Positions 38,311 to 51,879 of a stretch of DNA of 64,000 nt are shown in pieces; positions within the stretch are counted from its first letter, which is position 1; each line of letters starts with the position of its first letter. The stretch lies in NCBI GenBank assembly GCA_964188305.1, contig OZ076885.1. The stretch is one strand, 5' to 3'. Source of the stretch: Podarcis bocagei (taxonomy: Eukaryota). A program made the translations under genes and the position numbers. The notes beneath the pieces were generated by a model. It saw nothing but the letters and a program-made list of their open reading frames with translations. It searched no databases and had not been told where the DNA came from.

Positions 38311-38737
38311 TAATGGCCTGCAGTAATTTTGGGTCCAAATTGCAGCACTGTGTCATATAGGCTGTATTGTAACTGTGTGCCTGGGGCTGGCTTGGGGAAT
38401 TGAGGGGGTGGGTAGGCTGAGTGTGCCGAGATTAGGGCTGCCTGCAGTGAACCTGGAAATCCTGCCGCCTCCTTTCAAAAGCTCCAAAGCAACAAGAGAT
38501 GCTGCTGCCTTTCACACCGCTGACCCGCCTGCCCACGCTCCTTTCCACCTGCTGCGTCTTGGGCAGGTAGGAAAGTGAAGTGGTTGTCTGCCCTTTCATT
38601 GGTTCTGTGTGTTTAAAGATCAAATGCAAAGCAAACAATTCCATTATGTTCACGAAGCAGCTTACATTAAGCATCAACAACAAAAAGCCCCAGGAATTAG
38701 CTGCAGTTCCTGCTATGTCTTCTACACTTAACAAATT

Positions 38738-38850
38738 CTCAGTTGGTAGAGCATGAGACTCTTTATCTCAAGGGTGTGGGCAGAAGATTCCTGCATTGCA
38801 GGGGGTTGGACTAGATGACCCTTGTGGCACCTTCCAATTCTATGGTTCTT
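38738..38850 (+). mobile_element. tRNA(Lys)-like headed SINE with CR1-type tail
   Basis: 'ctcagttggtagagcatgagactct' then 'gattcctgcattgcagggggttggactagatgaccct...cttccaattctatggttct'; T-arm deleted, so not a tRNA gene. Confidence 0.7.
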
Positions 38851-39620
38851 GGAGGTTTAACTGTGGAAACTAGTGTGCACTATGCAACTTGCACTTTAAT
38901 GTTTTAAAATATACGATCATTTCCTTGATTATTTTTTTAAAAGCATCCCCCTTACAAAGGGCTAGTTGCTTGAAATGATTTGGATCAAAACTGCTTCCAA
39001 TGAGAACTGGTTAGCAATTTGAGCTTTTAGGGGGAAGAGCTAGGTGTCTATCTAGGTCGCCTGCTGGCAGCCTTCCGCAATATCCGAAGCATTTAGAATT
39101 TCAGCACTGCTGAGTTCTGAACAGATTTTACTTTTACCTTCGATAGCCTGGCCCGGCGGTATCAGCAGCTGGTGATGTTTGCAAGGCGGTGCTTGTGGGT
39201 AGCTCAGCTGTGCTATGGATTAGGAAGGCTGCTTTTTGGATCCCGATATGCGGCGGGGGTGGCAGTGGGCTCCATGCGGCCGTCGTGCCTGATGTGTGGG
39301 GGGGGGGCGCTGTGCTGCTTCTCCAGCATCTGACGTTCGCTCGACCACCTGCTGAGTCATTGTAGTAATATGCGGGGGGGGGGGGACTGGCAGCAGCGGT
39401 AAGGCGTTAGGTTTTCATTTTAAGCTCCGACTCTGGTGTTAGCTGAGATTTTAACTGCATGCATGAAAACAAACAAACACGGTGCTCGCCGCCCTCCCTA
39501 ATGTTCAGGCCACAGCGGGAAGAGAGCCTCCTCCGTTTCACACGGCTGCACCAACACTCCCGAGGCAGAAGAAGCAGCAATCTCACAGCAGCTGCAGCAA
39601 CCTCCGCACATCCTCAGAAG

Positions 39621-39817
39621 CATGAGAGCCAACTCCTAGGGGCCGCTGTGGTCCCTTCGCCCCCCCTTTATAAAATATTTGAGCGCCCCCCTCCCCAAAA
39701 AAAGAAGTTGATGGGCTTTGCCATTCAAATAGTGTGCGTGTCATGTGATCGATTATGTGGGTCCGGGCTTACCTGTCTCTCCCCCACCCCCATATTTCAT
39801 TCAAGTTGGCACCTCTG
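39621..39817. mobile_element. hAT-type MITE in the SSH3 proximal promoter
   Basis: Termini CATGAGAGCCAACT / AGTTGGCACCTCTG; 8-bp TSD CTCAGAAG / CTCAGAGG; similar layout to 3797-4140. Confidence 0.65.
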
Positions 39818-39819
39818 CT

Positions 39820-40720
39820 CAGAGGCGCTTGTTACCCCGCTTCCCATCATACGCAGGCCTAGCAGCACTCAGAATAGGTGCCGGGGCTGAGCCTTGGCCC
39901 CTGTGATGGTAGGGTGCCACTGCGGCTTGGGGAAGCGAGCCCTGAGCAGCCCGACGCTCCTCCCACCTCCGCTCCCGGCTGGGGAAAACCCTGCCGCGTC
40001 TTGGGGCTGGTTCCTTTAAGAGCCTCCCGCCAAGGACGTGCGCGATTCCGCCGCGCAGCATCCTTGAGCTTCCTGGTTAAGGCAGCCGGGTGCAGGGGAA
40101 GAAAGTTTACGGCCGGCAGGTTCCACCCTGGCCTGACCCAGGGAGTGCGCGGCAGGCTGGGCACGCCTGCCCCCTGGAGGCTGTCTGCAGCGGCGCCGAG
40201 TGGCACGATCTTTCCCCGTCGGCTCCCCGTCGGCTCCCCGCGCGCTGGGAGCGGAGGAAGGGCGCAGCAAGCCGCGCATGGCGCTGGTGACCGTCTGTCG
40301 CTCCCCGTCGGGGAGCGGCCACTCGACACCCACCGGCAGCAAGGTGAGCTCGCACGCCGCTTCTAGCCCAGCCTCAAGCCGCCCCAAGAGAACCCCACCC
40401 TGACCCCCGACGGGACCCACACAGCAGCGGCTCTTCTTTTAGGCACGGCTGCGATCCATCATCCCCTTTCTGGGGCCGGCGGGGGGTGTTGTTTCGACGG
40501 CTGCGCCATCGTGTGCCCCTTTCTCGCCACCTCTCTCTCCCATTGCAAGCTGTATGCTGAGCTGTGCAAGCGACTGCACCTTGCACCATTTTGGCCCCGA
40601 AGGATCTGACCGTTTGTTTTCGCACCTCCCTGCAGGGGCGCTGTCGGAAGAAGGACTGGCTTGCGCGGGGTGGGGGGCGGCATTGCGCACAGAAGGGGGC
40701 CCAAGCGCCAAAGATCAGGC
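39820..40720. promoter_or_regulatory. CpG island / SSH3 promoter
   Basis: GC/CpG-rich region containing coding exon 1. Confidence 0.85.
40278..40343 (+). CDS. SSH3: SSH3 exon 1 (MALVTVCRSPSGSGHSTPTGSK)
   Basis: cgcATGg...aag|gtgagc. Confidence 0.93.
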
Positions 40721-41412
40721 AAGAGATTTCCCCGTCCTCTTCTTCCCAGTAGAGGGAGCTCCCTGGGATGAAGCAGTAGCACCAGTGGGATAGGGAAAGA
40801 AAACGATGGTCTTCCACTCTTATGTGTAGGATTTCTTTACCTGCTGCAGCAGGGACTCGTGTTTCCCACCTTTGCCACTCAAGGTGGGCCAGTCTCGACC
40901 TGAAACACGAACTCCACTTAGCTGTTATGTCATACTTGCATTCAGTGTAAGTCACAGAGTGTCAAAAGGATGGGCTTTCTTCTTCTTTTTAAAGCCATCA
41001 TTTGTAGGGGAAGGCCTGTAGATCCTCATGATGGCTATGTTCTGCCGCCATCCTTCTGAATACCAGTTGCTGGAAAGCTCAGCTGCTGTTGCTGTCGTGC
41101 CCCGTTTGCAGGCTTTCTGTAGGCATCTGGTTTGACCACTCTGAGAACAGGATGCTGGATTAAATGGGCCTTGGGCCTGATCCAACAGACTCTTCTTATG
41201 TTCTAGACTGCATCTGCTCTGCCTGCAGGTTCGATTCCCAGAGTTTCCAGGCCTGACACCCTGAAGAGACGCTGCCAGACCACGAAGAGATAATATTGAA
41301 CTAGGTGGGCCAGTGGTCTAATTTGGTCTAAGGCAGCTTCCTATGTTAACACCTCTCATGGAGTAGTATTAAAATGTCCAAGCAGAGGCAACTACCTCTG
41401 TGCTGGTAGAAC

Positions 41413-41545
41413 TAAGGTCACCAGATTTTTTTCAATGAATTTGGGGACACGTTTCAACTTCAGCCAAATTCAGTGGATTTTGTCAGGGAACCGATTTGTA
41501 AATCTGGGGACTGTCCCCGGGAAACGGGGACATCTGGTAACCTTA
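41413..41545. mobile_element. Short hAT-like MITE
   Basis: TIRs TAAGGTCACCAGAT / ATCTGGTAACCTTA; TSD not clearly preserved. Confidence 0.55.
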
Positions 41546-44500
41546 TTGTAAACAGTTCTGGGTTGCCTAATGGAGCGGGAGAGGCATACAAAGGCATGAT
41601 CTTGAGTATGTGGCATCCACAGAAAGGTATGGTGGAGGCATTTTACCAGCATCTTCCTTGGGCTGGGTGCTTGCACAACTCATAGCCTTCCTGGATGGGT
41701 GGGTGGAATGAGGGGTTCATACAGAGTGGAATAATCTGGCTGCATGAAGCCAGAATGTTTGAGCTTCACAGTCCCTCCTCATTGCGGCTGCTGCAGAGAG
41801 CAGGGGCCAGCTGTGAAACGCCCATTCAGCTCCTCTGGCCTGAGCCTCTCTGCCCCACACAGGGTGCCTTGTTGTGGGATTCCTTCCCTCCCTGATCAAC
41901 TCTCTCTCTCAATTATCCATGTAAGGAAGCCTGTCAAACGCATGCCACAGTGGTCAATTGCCTTTCCTTGCTTGGGTCCCCACAGATATGCTTTCCCCAG
42001 TCCTAACTCCTTCCCCCTTTCTTTCTCTAATCAGCTCTTGACAGCTCAGGATCCTGTGTAGGAGAACTGGGCATTAATAAGTGACTTGTCAGGGAGTTTC
42101 ACAACTTGCCACTTCCTGTCGGTTCCTTGCAGATTGCAACGTCAGGGGCCCGTGGAAGGCAGCAAAAAATATCCCTTGCAAAATAGCCTCAGAAAAGCAA
42201 GATTTCCCCACCCCGGAACACCAACCCTGGGATACCTCTGTGTCCCTTTGCACTGGGGTGCCTAGTGCTAGAGTTCTCACACCCCAAGCTTGGCAGTTTG
42301 CTGGGCTGATTGCATTTCAAGCATAATTAGACATTGTGCAAGGAGCTGGCAATTAGGAAGTGGCAGGGACAAGGTTTGTGTTTTTTTCCATGCTTAAAAA
42401 TGTCACAGGAAATTGCCAACAGACTAGGAATCACATAGATAAGGTTATGCAAGAGCCTGAATTCAAGGCCGCTCCAGGAAAATATTTGCAACCATTCCAA
42501 GGAGACGGGAGACTAGCAGTGTCCTAAAATGGAACCACACTGTGTATTTCCAAGCTGGATTCCCTCCCACCCACCCACCAGCCCTCAGCTGTGAAACTGT
42601 GACATTGTGCAGGTCTGCACAGCTTGTGATCCACCAGGGCAAACACAGACCACCAGTCGCAGATTGTGAAACGCACAAGGCTTGATAAATCTAGTTTATT
42701 TCTTATAGGGGATATGGACCTACAAAAAACATGGTGGAAAGCACCTCTCAGCCCATAGATGTGGTCCGCAGGGAACACTCAGCTTAGTGGGACATAAGAT
42801 GTCCAGGCTTGGTGCAGAATGCTAAGAATTAGTGTAGTAGCTAACAGCTTGAGCTGCAAAGTCCTTGGTTTGACCCTTGCCTTAGCAGGGAACTCGTTTT
42901 GTAGCTTTGGAGAAGCCACTCTCTTTTGGCCTCAGCCCCACCATCTATAGTGCAGGGATAATAATACTGACGACTAGATGATCTTCAGAGTCCCTTCCAA
43001 CTCTACAATTCTATGATTGTTATTAATTGGTCACCTTTGTCTTCAGCAAGTGTTCTAGCTTCTTATATAGGCCAAGAACCAGCAGGTTTATAAAAGCATC
43101 CCTTTTATGGCAGAATCCCATATTCACTGTAGAGCCAGCCCTGATTTTCCACCTGAAGCGAAAATCAATATGGTGACCTTCTGTTCAGTTCTGAAGTGTT
43201 TTTTTTAATGACATGAAGACAAGAAATTGGAGGTAGGAAAATGGCACCCTTCTGGAATCTGTTGCCCATAGGTCCCAGATCCAGCCCTGACTTGTAGGCC
43301 CATAATGAAAGGCTAGCTACTTCAACATCTCTTTCAAATAAGGTTGAGAACCAAGCCAGCTTCTGTGAAGGGGGATGATCTCTGCATCCTGTGTCTAATT
43401 GTAGCATGCAACCTTAGTATTTGATTAGCTGCATGATGAGACATTTGGGGTTCTTTCTTTTACTCCCCCCCCCCATAAAAAGAGAACATCTCTAACCCTT
43501 TTGGTGCTGAGATAAATTGGGAACCTGCTTGTGAAATTGCAGATTTCTGAAAGCTGAGCAAGGCTTCCAAGACCTTAAGCTTCAGTGCTTAGACTTGGTC
43601 CTTCTCTCTTCTGAAATAATAAAAAATGATCCAAAACAAACACCAATGCACAAAGTCAGGCTGTCGCTTGGGGCCTGTAAAATATGGAAGTATGGAAGTC
43701 CTGTTGATGTTCGGGATCAGAGGTGGCATAACAGTTCTGTGCTTGTGGCACAGAAGGGACTGCTTGGAACAGGAACATTATGTCATGCTGGGTTATTCCA
43801 TGGCAGAGCCAACAGCGCAAATGCAATTTTGAGGTGGTTTGGTTCTTCTGGTATAAAGGAATCGTTCTGAAGTTGCTATGGAAGGTGCCAGCCACCTGCC
43901 CCAGCCATGGGTGTAGCCCGCCAGAACTTGGGCCTTCTCCACTCTTACCTTTTGCCCCACTCTTTCCAGGCACAAGTCTGCACTTTAAAGCTCTGTGTTC
44001 AAGTGTGTTTCTTTTTTGCCACAGAGCTTTCCCTCTGAAATCAGAGCAAATGTCAATTCTGGTTTTCTGCAGATTGACATGTGCTCCGACTGAATACTAA
44101 AGAGTGGGTTTTTGCAGGGAAAGCTCTGGAGCAAAAAATAAAAAGTTCCTTGGACACGTACCTTTGAAGCACTGATTGTCCCTGGAAAAGACCAGAGGAA
44201 AGGCAAGTGTGGAAAAGCCCTTAAACCTGTGCTCACCAGCAGTGCGTTCTTTGTATGCCTTTTGTGTTGGCAAGCGTGAGCTTAAAACATTTCAGCTGTG
44301 CATGAGGTAGATGATTTTAATAATAAATGGTAGAATATTTTATGGTTTTACAGCCTGCATTTACAATGTTTGTGCATTGCTGTATGTTATGGCTTTGTGG
44401 TCTAGACAAATAAACTTATTCATCACTTAAAAGAAAGGCAGCCTGCTATCACTCCCAAGTCCCACCAAGGTAAAAGCCTCAGTGATTTAATTGGGTCAAA

Positions 44501-45233
44501 CTGTTTTATCCCCAGGCCCATGCAGAGCTTGTCTGAGGCCTGGGGTGGGAGTCCCCAGTTGGCTAGGAGGCATGACAGTGCAAGTCTGGCAGACTTCCCC
44601 AGCCAGCTTAGCCCTCTGAGGAGTCAGTGCCATTTTTCTAGAAAAAGAGGTTCTGGAACTCTCCATGAACACCTCCCTCATTCTCTTAGAATGGCAGTGG
44701 TGCCCACCTGAGAGGTGCTGGGACTGAGTTCCGGAGAGTTCCGGCTGAACAAAAGCCCTCTGAGGGCCCCCTGCTCTGTGTGGACCTGCTTACCTCTGGA
44801 AGACCTAGGTGGCAGGGCCACCTCTACCATTAGGCAGAATAAGATGGCTGTTTTGGGCAGCATTTGCTGAGGAGTGTAGAGCACTCAGTAGAGTCGAGTG
44901 TAGAACTGAGTGTGCCATGTGATCTGCCTTGCAGTTCCCAAACCAGCCTGCTGCCCTCAGGTCCAAGGGAGGATGCTGTCCCATCTCCACTGTTCAGGTG
45001 ATATTCAGGGGCCTGCCTGGTTGGCTTCTGCATATGGAATAAGGGGAGCGGCATCTTGCCCCTTTGGCTCAGGAAGCAAAATGCCTTGGGACAGCCCTTG
45101 GTGGAAATGACCGTGTCTAGGAGATTGGTGCCACATGTGTGGAAACTTAGAGCATCGTTTAATCTGGAGCAGGAGATTTCTTCTTCTTTGCTCTGGATCA
45201 GAAGTGACTGATCTACCTGGAATTCCCTTGCAG

Positions 45234-45271
45234 GATGAAGAGCTTCCTCGGAAGAGACAGCTGCAGCGACG
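45234..45271 (+). CDS. SSH3: SSH3 exon 2 (DEELPRKRQLQRR)
   Basis: cag|gat...cg|gtaagg; phases fit both neighbours. Confidence 0.88.
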
Positions 45272-46019
45272 GTAAGGAGCTAGCCTTTGTAATCCTGTCC
45301 CTTCACACATACATACAAACAAAAAGGCCAGGGTCCTCCCAAACCATTTTATTAAAAAAATGTTTTGGATTTAGTGTGTTACTCCCAGTAGCAGGAACCC
45401 AGCACCAGAGTACACCCCCCCTTAAGGCATTTGGGGGGGGCAGTTGCACTTTGCAACTTATTTTTTAAAAGATGGTTCCAATGCTGGAGCTGCATCGTGA
45501 AGAAATGCAGAAGGAAGAGAGTATAAATATTCCAAAACAGTGCAGTGGGTAGTGGCGGTGCAGGAAGGTGGAGCATTGCTGCTGCTTCTTCTAACTTTAA
45601 AAAAAAACAACTAGTGCTGCACCAAGAGCCCCTGTACTAGAAAAATATAGTGTAGGAGTTCAAACAGGAAAAAATAGTTGATTTATTTTTACCCTGTTTT
45701 TCATGAAGCATCCAAAGTGGCGTACTACAAAAGATATCATAACAAATTAAACCGTTAAAAAAGCTACAGGTTAAAAAGACAGCAGTGACCCAGAGTAAAT
45801 TTAAATCATGAGACCATACTCTGGAATCAAAAATTAGCACACATTTAGGAGCATATTCTGGTGCCTTTCTAAGCTGAAGGGAGAGAGGGTGCCTGCACAG
45901 AGAAGACTCTTCTTGGTTACTGCCAAACACACATAAAAAGTGTGCCATAGCTCATTGTAATGAGCAAGAAGCAGAAAGGGAGCCTTCAGGTAATTGGTCC
46001 CAAACTGTTAAGGCAGTAT

Positions 46020-46250
46020 AGGTCAAAAGCAAAACCTTAAACCTGGGTCAGTAGCTAAGTGGCAGCTAATGGAGCTCTTGTAGGAGTGGTGTAATATGCA
46101 TGTGGTAAGGCACCCCGGTGAGTTGTCTAATTGTTGCATTTTGCACCAGTTGCAGCTTGCAGGGCAAGCTAAGGGCAGCCCCACATAAAGCACATTGCAG
46201 TAATCCAAACTCAAGGTTATCAATGCCTGAGTCACAGCAACCAACTGATG
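46020..46250 (-). mobile_element. L2-clade LINE ORF2 relic
   Basis: Minus-strand translation VTQALITLSLDYCNVLYVGLP matches the L2 ORF2 C-terminal motif (LDYCN.LY.GLP). Confidence 0.7.
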
Positions 46251-47309
46251 TGGGTGTTTGGTGGTGAGGAAGAGGAGAGAGTTGTGTTCCTCATTAATAT
46301 CCCATGACATTTGCAAAACCAAATTGTACACCGCAGTCCCAATTGCATTGGAGGGAAGAATTACATTTTCACAAGAGAAGTGCAATCTTGAGACAAGATT
46401 GTGTGCAGCAAAAGCATAACAACTGCATGTTTGTTGCTCTGAAAAGAGGGGAAAAACCTTGCAAAGAAGAGTGGGGAATAGGATAAATTATCTTGCAATG
46501 GAAAATGTGCACCAAACAAATACATGGGAGGATACTGTGCATTAAATATAAATGTACAGTATACTGGAAAGATCTCTAATTCTGGTGAACTGGAAGGATC
46601 TAATTCCCTCGTCCTCTGTAACAGAACTTGCCATCTTTTCAAACACCTTTGAACTCTACAGGTGGGGCAGGGGGGTGAGGTGAACAGAGAAATAATGACT
46701 GGGGGAACAGCTACTGCCCACTTCCCCTACTTCTCCTCCACTCTAAATCGCTTCCCCTAGATAATCTCTGCTTTTTGAAAAATGATGGGAGCACTGTTAA
46801 ACACAATAGTGTGTAGCATGTAGGGAGTATTATAGCCTTTTTGTCTAATTAGTCATGGGTTGGCAGTCATTTTTAGAGCACACATCTCTGTTTAAAAAGT
46901 GTGAGAAAAGCGGAGATTCGGCAAATAGTTTTTAAAAAATATTTTGAAAGGCACTCTTGGGGGGAATTCCTTATACTTTGTGTTGTTGTTTTTAAGTAGG
47001 TAATAAATCAATGTTGACATATTTTTCTTAAAAAAGGTTGCAATTTCTAAAATGCTTGCTTGTATTCCAGCTGAGTATAGCTAATATTGGTTATATGTTC
47101 CTTAGAATCAACGTTTTTCAACATTTTATTTTAAAATCTGATGTGATTTTCCAATATTCTGCCACCTCTGTATACATTTAATAGGCCTTAAGGCTTCTAG
47201 ATAGCACAACCTACCTAGTTTGCCTTGATGGCTAGGCCTGCCTCTCTTGGACTACTTCAGATTTTGTGACTGTTCTGTAATTGCAAATTGCTCCCAAGCG
47301 TTCATGGGG

Positions 47310-47492
47310 AAGGGCCGTAGTTCAGTGGTAGAGCACCTCCTTTTATACAGAAGGTCTCAGGTTCAGTCCCAGGCGTCTCCAGGTAGGACTGGGACAGATT
47401 CCCAGCCTGAAACTCTAGAGAGCTGCTGCTGAACAGTGTAGAAAACACTCAGTTCAATGGATCATTGTCAGGGTAAGGCAGCTTCCTGCATT
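47310..47492 (+). mobile_element. tRNA-derived SINE, degenerate
   Basis: 'gggccgtagttcagtggtagagcac...ggttcagtccc' head; tail 'gtaaggcagcttcctgcattc'. Confidence 0.65.
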
Positions 47493-47584
47493 CCCCCTTA
47501 GAATGAGGAAGGATTTAATGGGGCAAGCTCTCCTTCTGGCGCAAGAGGGTTTTTCTACCTATCTCCGTTTCTTTCCCTTTTCAG

Positions 47585-47774
47585 CCACAGCTTCGTCATG
47601 GTCAAAGGAGCTGCTTTGCTCCTGCAGGAAGAAGAAAAGCTGGAGTCTGTGCAGGAAGGCCCAGCCACCCCCCTGGACCACAAGCCTAAGAGTGAGAATG
47701 CCGCGGCTGAACAACAGGAGCAGCACTTACAGCAAATGGTGGGGTTGATGCGGCCAGAAGACAGCATCCGGCTG
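47585..47774 (+). CDS. SSH3: SSH3 exon 3 (HSFVMVKGAALLLQEE...RPEDSIRL)
   Basis: cag|c...ctg|gtgaga. Confidence 0.93.
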
Positions 47775-50297
47775 GTGAGACTGTGAGGGCAGGGAGATAC
47801 GGCAGAGTGTGGATGACAAGAGACAGGAAAGCAATTGGCCTGACCACAAAATGTGCCTCTTCGGATAAAGAGTCTGGAGCAGGCGGTTATGGAGTTCAGT
47901 GTTTTTGACTGCCTTGTAAAAGAGTTTGCTTGGGGCAGGGCCTTTGCCCTTTCCCCTCCTCCTGTTCTGGAATCAGCACGGTCTCCATTTCCACCCACTC
48001 AACCCTGCCAAGGCCCAACACCCAGGGCAAATTCCCTTCCCTGCCTGGCTCAGCATTGCTTACTATTGGAACAAAAAATATTCCAGCTTTCTGCTGCCAA
48101 GCCAGGCCAGTTTAAGATTCATTCTGTTCATCAAATGATCTTATCTTGACCTTCTGTAGTAACACCCACAAATTACAATTAAAGCACATGGCTTCACCCA
48201 CCCCAAAGAGCCCTGTAGGTTGGTGCTGTTTACTATAGGTCTGTGATTAGTAAACTATTTGTTTATTACTTATTAAACTTCTATACCACCCTCCATCCGA
48301 GGATCACAGAGTGATTTACAATATAAAAACACAAAAATACATAGCACAGTAACAAACAAATACAATAACATCCTCATCACCACAGAGTGTTTGTTTTATT
48401 TATTGCAGCTCCCATGGGAAGTTGTGACTATTAAGATGGTATAGCTGTGCTTTAAATGTATGTTAGTGGGATTCCTTTCCTTAATGGCATAAGTGCTTTC
48501 CTGCGCTCCTGTCCAGAGCCACCAGCTGAACCCAGTGTGCCATGCTGCTGTCCTACAGGCCTGGTTGGGCAAGCCGTGCCACAAGAGACAACTGTTCTGA
48601 AATGAAAGAGGGCTATTTTCTGCAGACACAATATTTCAGAAAAGGGAGGTGTGTGCCCTCAGGCTCCGGCCTAGTTCTAAGAGGCATTAAACCTGTGTCT
48701 AGACAGTATCGCTTCAGGCTGTGGGTGGGATTCACATGACTGAATCCTTCCATCGTGGGATCGCACCTGAAGCCTGAAAGGACACAAGTTTACTGCCTCA
48801 GTGAGAACGCCTTAGTGACCCAGATTGCTTCCCAGGCTAGTTCAGCTGGTCTGTGGAGTAGACACCCGACTATTAACTCCTTCCTCTTGACCTTGATCTT
48901 CACCTTTCTCCTCCTCTTAGCACGATTCTAGAATCTGTGTTGCCTCTTGCCTGGGAGTCCTGTGATAATATGATTCCGCTTTGCCTTCCTGCTGCAAAAC
49001 TCTGTGCTGGAGAGGCCTGGCTTCTGAGAGCCTCATTGTCCACGCTTGTGGAGGCTCAGAGCAGGGTGGCGAGGGATTCCTCTCCTTGAGGAATGTGGTT
49101 TTCAGCAGACATTCAGCCGGGAGCTGCAGCCACTTCCCCATTTATGGCCTGCGGGGCTTTTGCTCACTTGGGCAGACAGCCAGAGCTGGCGTCTCTGCCG
49201 AGTCTGATCCCGGCTTTGGCTTTGGGGACTCTGCTGGGAGATTTCCAAAGTAGCATGTGCTGGGTTTTCTTTCTTTTCTAGAGAGTGAGTCACAACAGCC
49301 TCCAGGTACCTGGGGCAGTTCCTGAAGGCAGCGGTTCTCATGCTGCTTTTTGGTAGCTGCTGATGTTCTCAGGAGCTTAGCAGACGTGGCTCATTCGGAA
49401 GTTCAGTAGCAGCAGACAAGCTGCCCTAAAAGATAGCTTGCTCCCCACTGCGGATCTTCCCTTGCAGTGTGGAAAATAGAGAATTAAATAAACAAACATG
49501 CATCTGTCCAGTATAATCTCAGTTCAGGCAAGTCAGTACTGAGGTCTCATATGCTTGTCTAGTGGTCCACAATAACACTCCCTGCCCCCTCTCTGTGTGT
49601 GTCTTCCTAGAACATGCCCCAAACCCCTTGGCAAAACTACTGAAGATCTATGGCATTTGCCAATGTGGAAAGTAAAAATGTGGAAAGAAAAATATGAAAA
49701 ACACTCCCATAACACTTAGGTCCAGAGGCTCTTCCCTCTGATCCTACCACGCAATGCCAAACTGCATTCACTTAATCCAGGGGTGGGGGGCCTTTTTCTG
49801 AAACTTCCCTTCTATTTCCTAATGATTTTGTGCTAAAAGCCTTGTATAATATGATTTTCAATGGATGATTTAATAGCTTTGAGAACCTCAGTGCCAGGGG
49901 CTCTTGGGCTCAGAGATGAAAATGTGATGCACTTATTTCTGGATAAATGTAAATGGAGTTTCTCCTCAAAACCCTTTCCCCCCTCGTACTGAAAAGTGCA
50001 CAAATGGCTACTGACAAAGGAACAAGGGGCACTCTGTCTTAGTCCTACTTGGATTATCCCAAGTTGCTATCTTATGTTATTTCCACACAAGTAACAATAT
50101 GATACTTAGCTATGACACTGGTCTCAGGAATCATGGAATTTTTTTCAGAAGTTGCTGGTGGTGCTAAACAAAGAACTATCCCTGGATCTGCCAAATGCAC
50201 CACCAACAGTTATGGTGGAATCTTACTGTCATATGTGTGGAGGTGACACACACAGGGACAGTCTTGCAAGGACTGTATGTTTGTTTCCCTCCTCCAG

Positions 50298-50416
50298 GCT
50301 GTGAGGCTGGAGTCGGCTCGAGCTCACCGGATCCGGTACTTGCTGGTTGTGTCAGCAGCAGAGGTGGAGAGCAAGAGTGAGATGGTGCTGCTGGGAGTTG
50401 ACTTCCCTGAAGAAGG
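50298..50416 (+). CDS. SSH3: SSH3 exon 4 (AVRLESARAHRIRYLLVV...LLGVDFPEEG)
   Basis: cag|gct...gg|gtgaga. Confidence 0.94.
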
Positions 50417-50707
50417 GTGAGATGACAAGGGAAGGAGCACGAAGAAGCAGAAGGGGTGGGGCCCAGGCACTTCTAAGCTAGAAAGCTTCCAGCTGTCTAT
50501 ACTGTCCTGCCTTGTATCTTCTGCATGATGTCTTTCATCAAGGCTAGGACCAAAATGAGATACCCAATAAGGTTCTATTCTTGACCCACTTGCCTGAGAA
50601 TAAGCCCCATTTAATTATATAGGACTTTCGTTCTGAGTAGACATGACTAGGATTGTGCTGAAAGTCTCTTAGACTACAGGCTGATGCATACTACTTCCTT
50701 GAAAGTA

Positions 50708-50958
50708 CCGTATTTTTTGCTCTATAAGACTCACTTTTTTCCTCCTAAAAAGTAAGGGGAAATGTGTGTGCGTCTTATGGAGCAAATGCAGGCTGCGCAG
50801 CTATGCCAGAAGCCAGAACAGCAAGAGGGATTGCTGCTTTCACTGCACAGCGATCCCTCTTGCTGTTCTGGCTTCTGAGATTCAGAATATTTTTTTTCCT
50901 CCTCCAAAAACTAGGTGCGTCTTATGGTCTGGTGCGTCTTATAGAGCAAAAAATACGG
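50708..50958. mobile_element. Tc1/mariner-superfamily MITE (third family)
   Basis: Perfect 23-bp TIRs CCGTATTTTTTGCTCTATAAGAC with TA duplication; internal palindrome. Confidence 0.88.
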
Positions 50959-51576
50959 TAAGTCCCATTGAATGCGGTGGATCTTACTTCTGAACAAACA
51001 TGCATAGGGAACAGGCAACATTCTCTGCTTCAATAACCAAGGTTGTGTTCCAAATTACCATTAGCCGAAGGCAAGTACCGTTGAAATTAATGGGGCATGC
51101 TTCCAAGAAAATGCACTTGGAAGAACACAACCCCTTTTCTCTCTGCATGATGTTTGTTCAAAACCCTTATCGAAAGCATCTTTGCTTCAGAGTGCTTTCT
51201 TTCTGTCCTTCGCTGTGTGTGTATCTAAACTCCTTAATGTATTTTACTCCCTGGTCGAACTGGTTTGGCAACCCTTCACCCAGTCTTTCCTCTCCACCCC
51301 ATTCCCAATGTCTGTGCTCCAGAAGAACCTTTGTTTATGTATTCCGTAAGGGCACAGGCACGCGAGCATGCCGCAGGAAGACGTCCAAATCAAGGAGCTG
51401 AATGGAAGATAGCTGTGCAGTTCGCCAAGCAGCTCTGTCACAGCTCTGGAATGCTTGCTTGGCTTTGCTATCAGTGATTTTTACAATGCTGATCAAGCTA
51501 TTGAAAAAGCAGGTTAAGAGGCGAGTGCAGATGGGGTGAATGGGGAACGTTTGTAGGACAAGCACAGGGACCATAA

Positions 51577-51825
51577 CAGGGGTCAGCAAACTTTTTCAGC
51601 GGGGGGGACCAGTCCACTGTCTCTCACACCTTGTGGGGGGCTGGACTATATTGGAGGGGGGGTGAACGAATTCCTATGCCCCACAAATAACCCAGAGATG
51701 CATTTTAAATAAAAGCACACATTCTACTCAGGTAAAAACACACTGATTCCTGGACCATCTGCGGGCCGGATTGAGAAGGCGGTTGGGCCAGATCCAGCCC
51801 CCGGGCCTTAGTTTGCCTACCCATG
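51577..51825. mobile_element. hAT-type MITE
   Basis: TIRs CAGGGGTCAGCAAACT / AGTTTGCCTACCCATG; 8-bp TSD GACCATAA / GACTATAA. Confidence 0.8.
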
Positions 51826-51879
51826 GACTATAATAACCCCTTCAGTAGCTACCTGATCTCTTCTCTCTTTACCTCCCAG

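Noticed and set aside
38738-38800. tRNA-Lys-like sequence (and tRNA-like heads at 24520, 38125, 47310)
   Set aside because: Cloverleaf incomplete and joined to SINE bodies/tails; not tRNA genes.
39819-40955. Multiple ORFs over the SSH3 CpG island
   Set aside because: Same GC artefact; only 40278-40343 matches a known protein and has a proper donor.
44690-44710. ATG GCA GTG GTG CCC as an alternative SSH3 first exon
   Set aside because: In-frame stop after six codons and no convincing donor.
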